Positions 14,266-29,015 are shown, numbered from the stretch's first letter. The stretch: 64,000 nt of DNA from Octopus vulgaris (GCA_951406725.2 OX597814.1:49724001-49788000), one strand, 5' to 3'. The notes: generated by a model not told the origin, from the letters alone. Numbers and translations: made by a program.

Positions 14266-14312
<47 letters not shown>

Positions 14313-15070
14313 TTGTATGTATGTATGTATGTATGTATGTTTGTATGTATGTATGCATGTATGTGTGTGTGTGTGAGTTTGTGTGTATGTATATATGTAT
14401 GTATGTACACGACGGTTGCATAATGGAATTCCATTCAACAGAGTATAGGGATTGATTGACACCCCTTAACTTCAACTCGCTGTTTCACTGAATGCACAAT
14501 AATGGTAGAACACGACATAAGTAAAAGCGTCATTTCTTAAGTATTCAGAATAGTTGTCAGTTGGTAGATGTTGGACAGTGAAATTCTAGTATGTACATTC
14601 AATGTTATCATGCTTTTATTACTGAGCTGTTCTTCTTAAAACTTAACTAATGTAATGTCCTCATTCTCATCTGGTGCTCGACGATATATTAATAAAGTTT
14701 TAAGTGAAACAGCTCAGCAATAAAAGCATGGTGACATTGAATTTGCATACTGGGATTTCACTGGCCAGAATGTGAACCGGAAGACTTCCACACCAATTTT
14801 CGTGAAGCCAGCGAGCCACGCACTGTAAAAACCCAGCGCAGCGCACCAAAGAAGGCATAGGCAAAACAAACTGAAGAAGACCTGAAGTCGCAACGCCTCC
14901 ATTTTAAGCATGCTGAGGCTAACGTCATGGGTCGGAAAGCGTGGAATAACATCATCACTAGAGTCCATCATCCAGCAACACCAACATCAGCATATTGGTT
15001 GAGAGGACAGCTTTCCCTACTACAGTCGCCAGTTTGGGATTGATGAAGAAAAAGTAGCAGTAGTAGTGGT

Positions 15071-15250
15071 GACTTACAAACACATATAACATACAGAAAA
15101 TTGCACTACTAGGCACTGCACACATCCTACGCAGAACACTTTCAATACAGTAACCATCAGAGCATCACAACAAATCACAGCACATACCCAAGGCACACAG
15201 AGCTGCGCTCGGTAGTGAAGTGAAAGCACGTTATAAAAATAACTACTGAA
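15071..15250 (+). mobile_element. 3' end fragment of a second R4/Dong-like family
   Basis: Translates LTNTYNIQKIALLGTAHILRRTLSIQ*, which matches the C-terminus EIQKIVLTSTAHILRKTLSM* of the 42-46 kb ORF. A short 3' UTR runs into TGATAATAAT. Confidence 0.8.
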
Positions 15251-15267
15251 TGATAATAATAATAAAT

Positions 15268-15821
15268 GCCCTGATGCAGTACAAGGCCTGTGGCTCTCAT
15301 GGCTTCTGATCTTAACTGATTGGAAGTGTTATCATGTACATTGTTTTGTCTTGGTATAAAAGATGGGCTACAGCAAATATTCTGCTCAATACTACAGATT
15401 TGCTTGTCAGTTGTTTGACCTTTACCAGTTGAGCATGTCCTTTAGTGGCTGACGATATGTGCATCTCTGATCACGAGCAGAAGTAGTGGGGGAGCATCAT
15501 AGCCATGTGTTGAGAGGGATTCTTTGAGGTTTGGATAATTCACCTTTGGAAACACGTGTGGTTCGTTTAACATCCTTAAACAACCCTTATTCAGGGACCT
15601 TTCAAGCGGGATGGGCTACTCGACCAGAAGAAATTCTAACTGGGCCTCACCTGCAAGGTCCTGTGCTGTTTATCTTGATATGAGATCACCATGTTGCGCA
15701 CATATGGTTGTGATGCATATGCCTGGTGTACCCTTATCAGACGGGTAGTCATGATGAGTATACTAGGCTTCGTATATTTTACCCCAGTGTCACTTTGATG
15801 GCATGCACTGCTCTCTCACTC
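15268..15821 (+). mobile_element. Same ~550-bp TAA-flanked repeat, copy 1, with no LINE body downstream
   Basis: Same ends as 41841-42378. Preceded by TAATAATAAA and followed by (CAA)n(TAA)n. Confidence 0.75.
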
Positions 15822-16289
15822 AACAACAACAACAACAACAATAACAACAACAACAACAACAACAATAATAATAATAATAGTATATCGTCCAATAAATTGT
15901 GCATTTTATATTTTTTTTTCTTTCATGAGGTGCGCAGTGATTATAATCTTCCTATAGGAAGTTGAAATAGGGCTGGGTATTTTATTTGCCGAAGTGTTAC
16001 TACGAGGCAGGCTACTGCCAGTGAATATCAAATTATTTTTTTACCTTTACTCATACAAGTTACTTAAAAAAAGCAAAAACAAAACGAAACAAAACAATCA
16101 AATCTGAAGTGATATCTTCGTTTTGTTCATACTAGTTTCCGCAATTTAACAACATCTAACTTATCAGCTATCTGTAATAAAGCAGAATCAGCGAGTTAAA
16201 ATGCATTTTATAAGAGGAAATCATCCTCTGACCTACTTTATGATTTCGTGGAAGGTATTTGACGAATATCTTTCTTTACAGTTATGATC

Positions 16290-16572
16290 CGTTCAACGGA
16301 GCAACCTGCTCACGCAATTAACGCGCAAGTGGCTGAGCACTCCACAGACACGCAAACCTTTAACGTAGTTCTCAGAGTGATTCAGCATGACACAGAATAT
16401 AACAATGTTGGCCTTTTGAAATACAGGTACTACTCATTTTTGCCAGCTGAGTGAACTGATGCAACGAGAAATAAAGCGTCTTGCTCAAGAGACACAACAC
16501 GTTGCCGTGACTCGAAATCAGGACCTTACGATCGTGAACTGAATACCTTAACCGCAAAGCTACACGTCTTCA
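16290..16572 (-). mobile_element. SINE family C (tRNA head)
   Basis: Minus-strand head with GGTTAAGGTATTC...TCACGATCGTAAG..GATTTCGAGTC. Related pieces at 58730-58880 (+), 61895-62170 (-, tandemly duplicated) and 16925-17030 (+). Confidence 0.7.
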
Positions 16573-19500
16573 TGAATTTCGATTGGACATCTTGATTTAC
16601 TATAGGCATACTTTCCATAAGATTTAGGAAAAAAAACTTAGAACTTAAACACACAATCTCCATTTAAATATGTCAATATAGTGAATTTTTTGACTGAATC
16701 TTGACTGTAAAATGGTCCTTTGAGCGGCTATGTAGGAACCACCTAGCTGAGAGGAGATTTTCAATTTCCAATTAATTTTCATCCGTCTTTTGTACTCCAG
16801 TCTGGAATGAATGATTTCCTCAAAATTATTCATTTATTTACAAATGAAAGAGCACATTCAACCTGGCTCTTCTCAAGTAATGTTCTATGACTGTGTATTT
16901 TTACACAGAAATATATTCTAATACAGCTCGTGGCCTAGTGCTTAAGTGTTGGCCTCATGATCGCTAGGTCATGGGTTCATTTACCGGCCCAGACATCCCA
17001 TTGTTTTCTTCCATGCAGTAGAAAATGAGTTAGCATTCCGACGGACGAGCGCTTAGTTCAGGAAGGGGCCTTTTACTCACAATCGCCTAAACACTCTAGA
17101 CATTAGGATAAACTCCGACCACTTTAAGCCAGTAAGCTTAAAGCATACTATCACACTCAATTCATCCATCTTGTCTCATCCTTAGTCTTTCTAGAACTCA
17201 CAAGATAAAGACACAAAATATATCGTGTGAGGAGATTGCCGATCAGTATTTAATTCGGTAACAAATTGTTCTGAATTTTACTTTGCCTTTCATCATTTCC
17301 ACAATTTATAGTTTACTAAGAACGAACTTGTTTTTCTGGACTATGAAAAAAGATCTTGTTCCTACTTGAAACACTGTATAAAGCAGTTAGTTCTATTCAA
17401 TAGTGGAAGGAAAATATTGAAAATGTTATCAAAATGGTAAGAAATTATTTAAAATTTCTTTCTTTAGAATCTTCAGAATAATATGAAATATAAATGATAA
17501 AGATTGATTGAAATAGAACCAGTGATCTAAGACTAGGATTAAACTTTAGAAAACCAGACGTTGCAGAAGGCAATTTGCCAAGTAGAAACAGGATAAACAA
17601 TTAGTGAAATATATATGATAAGTCAACTTGAACATATAAACAATCAATAAGCCAAGAATTATAATGCACTATCTCTCAACCTGCATTAAGATAACAATTA
17701 GTGAGCTGACTATTGATTTCTAATTTTGGCAAAAACTCTAAATTTGAAACGGTGTTGGGAATAGGGTGAATGAATCAACACGATTGCTTGACTAATATTC
17801 ATTTTTGTCGTCTGCTGCCGAACAAAAAAGCATTGACAAACCAACGAAAAACCTGCTAAAAATCTCTGCCTCCACCCTGATGATTTAGAAGAGGAAACGA
17901 ACATTGGTTAACGTGGTTTTAGATATACTATGTACGAAAAAATAAAAAGAGGATAGCTGTGACTGAAAAAACTTCTGAAGTTAAGTCTGCCAGATTAGAA
18001 CTGAAAAGGGTCAAACAACAACAAAAATATTACTTTTCTACAACATTTGAACCAAGGACATAGAGCGATAGAACTAAAGACTGTACATTATAGAATCCAG
18101 TAGTTTGTATCAATTTCACTTCTTTTCTTCATGGTACGTGTTTATAGCCAAGGTAAACTGAGGAGGTTGAAAAATTAAATGCTTTGGTCGTAGGGACATG
18201 GCAGCTACAGTGACATAACATGAAACGAGAAAACTTCAGTCTTTCAACCTTATTAACTCAGCTCGCTGTGGATCAGTTAGTAGCTGTAGTATATCAATAC
18301 GAGAGCAATCTGCCGGACGCATATGGCGCTTAAGATTAATATGTGATCAAGCAAAAGCAGATATGAACTTATTCTTTTCACGTATTTCATAGAAGGTGCT
18401 GTCAATTTTGAAATGTATGGTCTATGCGGAAGTATTTAAAAAACATTTTGGACAATTTTTATGTTACTCAGAAAAAAACAACCTATTTGATCAACTGTCT
18501 TGTATTTTGAAAACCGCCCTATACAAAATGGAATATCCTTGGGTTCTGCATTCAATGGATCTGCATGTCATTTATACGTTACTCGTACTCATTGTCATAT
18601 ATCTAGCTTAGAATATCTCCATTCAAAAGTCACGACTGTTTGGACTATCCGCCATTTTTTGTTTATAAATTCCTTGTATTGTAATAGAAAGTTACTATTG
18701 ACGGATATGGTAAAACATATTGAAGAATATAACCCATTTGAGAATTTTACAAATAATTCTACCTAATTTGTATAGTTGCTTTTTGGATATATAATCAGCC
18801 AATTTACTTGTTTACTTCAATAGTGAATTGGTTTTGTTGTAGACGATACTGCTTCGCATAACCAGCACAACTAAGTTTTACCCGTGTATTTCTACCAGAA
18901 ACTTGAGATATTTTATAAGCAAATACTAATTAGCTGAACTTAATATCTACACCTGCGAATTCAGATTTTGTTGAAAACTGTATTGTAAAGAGTGTTAATG
19001 CAAAACATTACACATTTGATTTGCTTATGAACTGAAAAACGTGTGAGAAGTGCCATACCTAATGTGTTTTCTTTTTCTTATTTGGTTAATTTATGGACAA
19101 GATTTTAAAATCATGCAAGGGTTAAAAACAAACAAACAAACAAACGAAACAAAGCAATTCCTTTAGACAAAATTATATTCCATAACGCGATGTAAATACT
19201 TTTACATCGCAGTAGATTCAGAGCACCTTGTTCAGTATATATTGTTATTTTTTAAAACTAAGTGACAGCTTTTGCCATGAGCTTTAATATGCAATCAGCT
19301 TTACGTGTATTTCATGTATTTAACATATTAAGTATATGTTTTTGGTGTGCTATACATATTATTAGTGTAATAAATATAAATAAGCTATGAAGCAAAACTA
19401 TGATAAATATTTAGTGAACAATGTATTTGACAGCATAGGATATGCTTTGGAATTGTAATAGCAGGGAAATGGCAAGTTGTAAACTTTATATATCTCAAAG

Positions 19501-22500
19501 GGATCTAGATCAATGACTTAAGCCAAATAAATTCGGTCGGAATTCGAAATCGGATCACGGATTTAGTTCGTTGAGAATTCATTGCTTTAAGCGGCAACAT
19601 ATAAGAATTATAACCAAATATAATTTAGAACCATCAGCTTACTTTTTGAGGCACCTGTACTAGTATTTATTGGTACTTATTTGTGGCTGAATGACAGGAA
19701 GAATGAGATGCTGTGGTATTCATGCTTTTTTCAAAGGCGTTGACTGTACCAAGTAAAACTACTTTAAATACAAATTAAAACCACTATGGTGTTGGTTCTA
19801 TAGAAATTTATGACTTTCTCTATCATGCTTCATAACACATCACATTCAATCTAGGATTGAAACTGCGGCGCGGGCTCACCCTTAGGAGAGCCTACCTCTT
19901 GATTTGTGGCGTCCGTCAGCCAATAAATCAAAATATGATAACCAAGTAAACAAAATATTATAATATAAAAATAAATAAATCTAAATTTTGATGGCAAGTG
20001 AACAAGAAAAGCATTTTAAACAATATCGACTTCTTGCATGGTCTGAAGACAATCGGGAATACTAGAACAGTGTATAAAAGCATGTAGTGAAAATCCATCT
20101 GAAACTTGACGAGAGAATTCTATTGATAACGTAAAGGTTACATGCCTCGAGGTTTCAAGAATATATAAAGAAATTATTGAATTATTGAAAATCCCCGCTC
20201 TTGAGTTTGGAAGTTGAGAAGAATCCAAAGTTCTTTTAGCTTTTATCATACTTCTTCGGAGTAGAGTTGTCTGGAGTCTGACAAGCTCTGTAGAGTTAGA
20301 GATACAATTCTGGCGGATCGAGTTTCAATTTCTACTTGAAGCTATTCTGCGCAAGTTACTTCGCAAAAGTGTAATAGTAAGAATTCCCATTTTCCTTCTC
20401 TATAAATTCATTATATAAACTATCATCACCGAAAACTAGGTATTCGGATTATATATGCCGAACTTACCTGAAAAAAGCACTCTTTTAAATGCAATTCTCG
20501 TTGGATACATGCAGAATTTGCTTTTTCTCTAAATATGTAGATTTTGTGAAAAAATCCTCAAGCGTCTGAACTAAACTACAACTGAAAACAATGCCAGGGT
20601 TATTTGATGACCCATTTATATGAAATGAATTTGAACTTATCTACACTACATGAAATGGGCAAATAAAGTCACTGGTGATTAAAAACAAAACAAAAAGAAA
20701 AAAATTGCATTGAATGAATGCTGTACCAACTATGAAAGAAATCCCCGCAAGCTCTAAATCCCGTCACTGATTTTCTTGACCTTTCTGCATTTTCTTGACC
20801 TTTCTGCATTTTCTAATGGGCTATGCAGTCAATAGCTAGAAGTACATTTTTATTGTTTAGTCAAAAACAAGAAGGATAATGCCAATAAACTTTTTGCAGA
20901 GCCTCTCTATACTCAGGAGGGTAGGTGGAGCTAAACGGTTGTTGTTAAACAGTTCCAAATCAGTCACGATTGGTCAGTACGATGGATGCAAGCAGTCGGT
21001 CGAAAGACGAGAAATGCTCCATAAATGCACATTCCTAGTTATATTATATTTTTTGAGAACTATAATTCTCATAGCGATATGCTGCAGTGATTCTTACTGG
21101 GTGCAATGTTGAAGTTTGTACATAATTTCATTCTCTTGGTCATCCTGTTTACTTTTACTCGGTCGAATATTCTGGTGATAGCCATAACGGAGGAAGGCAA
21201 GGTGAAATTCGTATCCTGATAGCGGCTGCTCCTCGGCACTTATTGTCTGTGGTGGAAATCCAAGCGCACTTCAGTGATGTTGCAGTTATTTCTGCGTATA
21301 TGCATTGTCTTAGTGTCATATTTATATAGTTTATTTGTCTCTGTGTGTGGTGAGTTTGTGTAAGTTTTTTTGCACTGTGAAGGAAGATAATAGTATTTTT
21401 TGTTTTAATGCTGATGTTATCAGTATTCTTATTCTTGTGAAGTGTACTTTTCTTGACTTTTGTAAATATTATAGTTTCGTGGACTTTTTATGTGTATTTT
21501 AAAGATTATATACAGAAAAACAAACTTACCTTTATTGTGGGTTTAGTGCTATCGTCCTCCGTTTACGCGTGTATTCTCCGATGACGAAGACGTTGGCGCT
21601 GAGGGAAATTTTTTATGCGAGTTGAGTGGTTATCATTTAACTGGTACACTTCCGAGATCATTCGTTTTCTTTAGAAAACAGAATTCAGATGCTGTTGGAT
21701 CTCGGGAGGGTGATTTTGCCAATACAAATACAATTGCCATCCCAAGGTACAACACTTGTTTCAGTATACAATTTCACATCAAGAATCTTGTAAGACAAAA
21801 ATGGAACATAAAACAAAACAAAACTAAGAAGAAAAAAAAAACGAGAATTCGTTATACTTGTTTTCGTTAATATTTAACATAACACCCTGTTTAAGATGAG
21901 TGACTATAAACCTTAGATCATAAAGTACTCATAAGCGACTGAGTCGATATTATACGTTATCAGACTACAAAGTGATGCATTGTGTTTATGTCTAAATAAA
22001 ACCAATTCTTGCTCGCTAAGTCCACTCAACTTATCAGGGATGGAAACTATATTCTTTACCGCACAGTAGAGAGTTCAGTATAATATGCCGGGTTAATGAG
22101 GGAAGAGTTCACAGCGTAGCTTTTTCTAAATTTAGTCCTTATCACGCCAAGAAAAGGAAAAAAGATTAAATAAACACGGGATGATCATTGCTGAAGTATT
22201 TAGATTTGCTTATTCAGAGAATATCTAGGGCCAAACAACATTTCTTTACGTTTTGAAAGACACAAAGTTAACAGTTTTTAAATCAAAGTAACAGGATGAA
22301 CAGTTACTGAATGAAATCAGTAATATATTTCAATTAAATATATAGTAGCTTCAGTTAGTTTATAACATTACAAATCTGTAGGGTAACACCGCTATAACAC
22401 TAGGACTTGGTGTTTATGTTAAGTAGATTTCTGAAAATTAATAAAAATTAGATTATTTATCATATTGAGTTTTATATAATTCTGAGAAATTTTTTCGCAC

Positions 22501-24849
22501 ACCATTTAGTACGTCATTCTTAACTTATTCAAATTCATGTAATTAACCTATTCAACTTATATCCATTAGCGCATTTTATACTGGCCAAAAATTACTCGAA
22601 ACCATTTTTCTATGTGTCAACTGATCAAGCTTAAGTAGACTATTCTATGTTGAAGAGGTTTTAATAGAGCAAAACACGTCCATAGTTGTCTTTTACTACA
22701 AATAGTTATCACACATTTTCTTAATGTAAAGTAAAATATTAATTGTTTATTTCTTAACGTTTTCTTTGAGAGCCTCTCACAATTGCCACAAGGCTTGAGT
22801 TTTCTTATTACAGCTTAAGAAAGAAATTTCCATTAATTAATATTTTTTAAACATGTGGTGATCTATGGAATTTATGGTGGCTGATTTTGAATTTTCTTAT
22901 TTCGGAATAGAACTTTTCTTTGTAATAATGAATTCTTAATCTTCCATCCCTTAAATGTCGACTTTAAATTTCATTTCACGAGAGGGCTAGTAAGATACGT
23001 GAGATACTGTATCAGATCTACTTTGACTTTATATTCACTGCATTAAAGTCCTCATCCCCAAATAAAGTAATTAGTTATAAGACTACCGAACTAAAATTTT
23101 CAAGGATATCACCAGAGTCGTTCTTCTTCAAAGGCCCCCAATAAACTGAATTTCAGACCATTATTTATTAATGTATCTCTTGCACTTCTGATTAGTTCCA
23201 CGTCTTTTTTCTTTGGCTTTTAGAAATATAAATTCCAAGTTTATTTACAATTTATTGTTATTCGTAATTTCTTGTGCAATCTTCTTTATATCTCTTGTGA
23301 GTTATCCGACATATTTTCCGTTTCTTAATTTTTGTTATTGCGCTTTTAGTTTTGCTGATTATTTTTTATATTTACTTTATTTGTTGTCTCTTGTTGATTA
23401 ACTGTGTAGACTTACGATTAAGTAACTGTAAGATATCAAAATGCCTACATGAAAGAAGAATATATCAGTGTCTTCTTTTCTATAGCAGTGTATTTTGCTT
23501 TCATGTCGGCATTTTTGACACCTACTGTTACTTAATGGTAGGTTTAGGTACATAAGCTTTTTATGTAAGTAACTGTCCACCCAGTTCACGTAGAGTCTTT
23601 GACATTTATATATCCTACATAATGTTCTTTGGTTTAACTTCTCCGAGATTTACTTTGCTATAATTTATTTCTGGTGACTTGTGTCTGTGATAACGTCAAG
23701 AATGATTTATATACCCAAACGCTAGAATATATTCAATATTGATTTTAATTCATTCTTTTATGTCTGTACCTGAATATTGGTCATAAATTTTGTTTTACTT
23801 CTCATATACCTATTACGTTTTGTCATCGTTGTCATTAGTTACGTTTTAGCGATTAGTTTCACTTACCCTCAAAACTCATGGACATCATGAAAGATAACAT
23901 AAAGTTAAGAACGGTACAGTATTTTTGAGACCCCTCTTTAGCTGTAATTGTAACTGTGCTAATGCATTAATGGTTATTTTAGCATACTCGTGTCATTGTC
24001 TTTTGTAAATAATGTTTGTTGAAGCTAATAGTTGCTGACTCAGTTTATCACTTACTTCTAGTCATGCAACCTACCAGAAAAAGTTACAAGAAGTTTCACC
24101 ACACAAATTTGTTGCATGAACTGTAAAATCTATTTTTGATTAAATAAAATGCTTCTGTTAATCTGATCTCAGATTTTCGGGAATTTATGAGTGATTTACA
24201 CGAGATAACCATACAATAATTTGTTACTAGATACATTTTAAAAAAGTAAATCTTTCAAACACATATCTATACTGCAACGGTCGAGTTCCTCAACAGAGAC
24301 GTTAAATACGTCAACACAGAACGCCTGCTAAACTTTTAGAAACTATAAATGAAACCTAATCAAATTTACTGCTTACATCTCTGAGACAGATACACTCAGC
24401 ATACATATATTATATAACGCATTCAAGTAAAAGTTTCCTCTCACAAATTCAAAACAAAATCGTAAGGGAACAGGCCATCCTTCAACCACTATGAAGAGAT
24501 CTTTTTTTCTCTTTATAAACACTGGTTCGTTACTCGCCGCTTCGTTAATGATAAAAGAGAAAACTTTAAAATTTAAATTGCTCATCCATTTAAAATACTA
24601 TCTTTAATATAGAAAAAATATATATCCAGCACTTTTTAATTGGGTAACTTATTGAAACTTAGGTTGTCTTTCTCTACGAAGGCTTAATAAATAATCCTTT
24701 AATAGTGTTTAACTAAAAGCGTTTATTCATAAATACCACATTTCATTTTCTGCACACTCAGTATATACATTCTGCAATTTTTACATTTACTTAGAAGACT
24801 TCTCCAAGAACAAAATTCTTGGTCAGTGTTCTGTATTCATACTTACGAT

Positions 24850-26100
24850 GTACCTTTCTACCTGAGTGTGGAATATAGCAACATATAATTGACTAGAATC
24901 GGAAGATGCAACTTGAATCACTTTAAACATTGTCTTTAATTAACTCTTGTTTAACGACATAAGAGCAGGTTTTATAGGAAGTTGCAATCTTTTTAGAGCG
25001 AATGGTAAATCGGAGTCAGATGGTTGAAGAGAAATTCAGGTAATCATTGGCATCCTTCCAGCATTAATGCCACTAAGTTTGCTAGTGGTCTGGGAATTGT
25101 CAGTAGCATTGAGAACCACGTATCAAGTGCCACTGCAATGACCATATCTCTGGTTTAAGTTTCGGAGAAGGATTACTGGAACTCTTATCTTAATTTTGAT
25201 CATGTGGGAAGGTAGACCACTTATATTTAGTATATTTAAAAGTTCTGTCTGATAAAGAAATACTTGATTTTCATCTACCACCAAGGTTCTGATTCATAAT
25301 ATAATCAGACTTACAGAAAGTTTATTTATAATTTCGTCGCTGGTGATCAATGATATCATTGTTGTTAGAATAACTCTTGGAGACACCTATTGTTCATTTT
25401 CATTGCGTGTGACTAGATGGGCTTAAATAAATTGATTTAAAAAGGCATCTGAGAAAAGTGTGTCAATATTAACAATATTTGGAATGTTTCCTTCTCCCAG
25501 CTCCAACAGCCAGTTTGCACAGTGGTTTAGCTGGTTAAATGCAATAAAATCATTGTTGTCCAAACAATTGAGAACTCTCATATTGTTTAGATATGCAAAA
25601 CTTTGCGCTGACTTCAAATGGAAATCCTTTCCAAGAATCAATTATCAAACATCGCTGACCTCTACAGACTACTGAGAAAATTTGCCGAAAATCATCGCAG
25701 TGGACTAATAATTTCTCTCCAAGATGTTGCACATTGTTAATTTTATTTTGAAACGTGCGATTTAAAGCTTCGAGAAATGCTTTAAACTATAATTAACAAA
25801 TATATTTGGATAAGAAAGAATTTTTTTGGTTTCATAAACATGACAAAATTATTTTCCCTGTTATTTCATTATATACCAATTGAATGCAAATTATTCATAA
25901 TGAGTTAAATAATACTCGCACTTTATATAGTCAAAGTTCTGGTTTCATCAACATATGTCTTTCTGGAAGATTCGAAGGAGTTTTGGCTGCTATTTCAGTT
26001 AGTTCGAGTAACCAGATAGAAGCTGTCATATTTGTGAATAAGTGTTTCTATTATTTGCGGCAGACGTTGAATGCCAAAGGAATTTTTTGAAATAATAATT
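24850..26100 (-). pseudogene. Relic of a Helitron Rep-Hel Pif1-type helicase
   Basis: Remnants GEKLLVHCDDFRQI (cf. GGKxxxxGDFRQI), NWLLELGEG, GLPSHMIKIKIRVPVILLRNLN..HCSGT, PSDSDLPFALKRLQLPIK. Many stops and frameshifts. Confidence 0.75.
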
Positions 26101-27470
26101 TTGTCCAAAATATTATCGTAGTGATTGTTATATTTCGAGGACGGTCATTTTGTCAATATACACACGCTCTATTCATTTGATCTTCACTTTAGCTTTATCA
26201 ATATTACTAGTTTACTTGTCAGAGTTCTTTCCTCACACATTCTGTGACCTCTTCAATGACTATCTGTTTCCGTGTCCCCTCTTTGATTTTGTCCTGTTTA
26301 TTCTATCTTGTTTAACGTAACATTTCAGGGACATATCTTGAACCAAACTTCCTTAAGTAGTAAATGATAAATAAAATAGTAAATGATAAATTTTAATGAA
26401 TTATTTTCTCTTAAAAATTTCACAATTTTTGTATATTTAAGTGAAAAATGTATTTGTTACAAGCAAAAGAATTTTCTGTTTTACTAATGAAAGAGATACG
26501 TAAAATTGTTTAACAGCCTAAATAATTAGTAGTTTCAAATAGCTGAAGGAACAGCATTCAATAATTCAAAATACGATTGCAGAAGAATTAACTGTATCAT
26601 AGACTGAAGTCTTTAGTAAATCTGTAGCGGCTTTTATTACCTTTCTCTTTCATTGTCCAGGTTCCCTCGTCTTCACATTTTCCTTTCGTCATACAGTTTA
26701 TTGTTCTATTTGAGAGTGAAATATTCCCGGTCATATTCATTGTTGACGAATTGGCAGAGTCTTTGGATCGTCGGACAGATGCCATATAATATTTGTTCCA
26801 ATTCTCGGCATTCTGAGGTAAAATTCCACGAGTTCACTGTTTTTCATCGGGCTCGATTAAAAAGTATCAATACAGAGCTGTGGACTAAAAGAATGACAAA
26901 CTATATATCTCATGGTTTTTGTTCAGTCTTTGTTTGCTTTCTGAGTTCAAATTCCGGCATGGCCTACTTTGATAGTAGACTTAATTCGTCTCCCCGTCTA
27001 ACAAAACCATCTGGTACCAAAAATGCCAGGTGGTGGTGTTATGGGTATTTCCATCCCACCTGATTAAAATATGAACGATAACATTTGGCACTTGTTATAT
27101 TATAGCACATATGATATACAGTGACTATATGGCAACCCCACTAACAACCATCTTTTAGGAAGAAATCTTAAAATACATTGAGAAATGCCTTTATGTGTAA
27201 CACATCATATATTTGGCGATACACAAACAAATATCCACGTGTGCGAACGCTTACTACCGTATATATTCATACACAAGTTTCTCTTTATTTTTTTCTTTGC
27301 ATTTTTTCTCTTCCTAGTTTTCGTATTTATGCATTTTACATAAACGCGTTCATATGAAGAAGTAAAACATACATATATGTACACGTGCATGAATGCATAT
27401 ACACATACACATACAGAGACGCAAATACATATATACATTCGTTCTTATATTTTTTATGTATGTATATATA

Positions 27471-27879
27471 AGCGCAGGAGTGACTGTGTGGTAAGTAGCT
27501 TGCTTACCAACCACATGGTTCCGGATTCATTCCCACTGCGTGGTATCTTGAGCAAGTGTCTTCTACTATAGCCTCGGGCCGACCAAAGCCTTGTGAGCGG
27601 ATTTGGTCGAGGGAAACTGAAAGAAGCCCGTCGTATATATGTATATATATGCATATGTGTGTATATGTTTGTGTGTGTGTATATGTTTGTCCCCCAACGT
27701 CGCTTGACAACCGATGCTGGTGTGTTTACGTCCCCGTAACTTAGCGGTTCGGCAAAACAGACTGATAGAATAAGTACAAGGCTTCCAAAGAATAAGTCCT
27801 GGGGTTGATTTGCTCGACTAAAGGCGGTGCTCTAGCATGACTGCAGTCAAATGACTGAAACAAGTAAAAGAGTAAAAGA
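27471..27879 (+). mobile_element. Full-length tRNA-derived SINE (octopus OR-like family A)
   Basis: Head with A box (TG(G/A)CTGTGTGG) and B box (GG(G/A)TTCA.TCC), internal (TG/TA)n, tail GGCGGTGCTC.AGCATG.C.GCAGTCAAATGACTGAAAC(AAGTAAAAG)n. Multiple copies in the window. Confidence 0.85.
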
Positions 27880-27885
27880 AATATA

Positions 27886-27923
<38 letters not shown>

Positions 27924-28972
27924 GTATATAGGTATATGGTTATCAGTAATAATATAGGGTGAAATTACTGGGATGAAATATGGTTAAGGCTGTATATAGG
28001 TATATGTATACGTATACGTATACGTATATATATATATGTATACGTAAATATATGTGTGTGTGTGTTTACGTGTGTGCATAAATGTGTGTATGTATGTATG
28101 TTTGTATATAAACATGTATGTAAAGTGTATATTTATCTATCTCACTATATTTACAGTGAGAGGAACACTTGGAGTATTATATGTTGTAACATCTATTAGT
28201 GCTGAAGTGATGAAAGACCTGATGAGTATAGGTGGCAGTTTCAGCACAGACCAAATAGTAATAGATTTAATCAGACGAAACCAATCCGATGGAACTAGAA
28301 CTAATAAGATATTGCAGCTAAATCTTTTGGGAATAAACCTTCTGCTCATTGGAATGTTTTCGTTACTTCAAATTACAAATTGGGAAATTTGTATCCAATG
28401 AATACATTTGGCCATACTAAGAAATATTGTGGAGAGCTTCATAGAACAGAGGTAAGCTGTTGCAATAGTTTGGGTTCCTAGTTGAAACAATTACAGTGTT
28501 ACGAGTAAGTTGTGTAAATGGAAAATGCTGTCATTTACTCATTATATTTCGTTTGCCTGTAACAAAAAGAGCAGTCAATAATGCATAATGTGTTTCGTAT
28601 AATTTGCAAGTCGACAGCAATAGAAAAACTTAGGCAGATAAAGAATTACAACGGTCTGCGTGTCTGGGACGGAAATATTTGAAAATGGTTAGTTGCGAGG
28701 AGTGGGAATGAATAGTAAGGATGACCTGAGGAGGAAAGAGGAGTGTATTTGGTTGGCTTTAACTACTTAACTCAAGGATATTTGTGTGCGGCTTCATCGA
28801 CCTGTATGTGGGAAGAGATGTATAATTGAATAGATTAATTAATCAGAATAAAGACACCTAATCGCCAAACTGACTATAGATTAATTCTATATCAAAAAGA
28901 TACTCTTATGAAATCGTAAGATCCGGACTTTTATGCTTTAAAATATTTTTGACACATGCACACGCATACGTA

Positions 28973-29015
<43 letters not shown>

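Noticed and set aside
14700-15000. Possible RTE-type LINE 3' remnant
   Set aside because: Only vague similarity (PKK.W..EEDLK..R..W), too weak to call.
28216-28296. CTGATGAG...CGAAAC resembling a hammerhead core, and GTGATGA/CTGA resembling C/D boxes
   Set aside because: No convincing stem II, no UH triplet after the putative stem III, and no snoRNA-like spacing or terminal stem.
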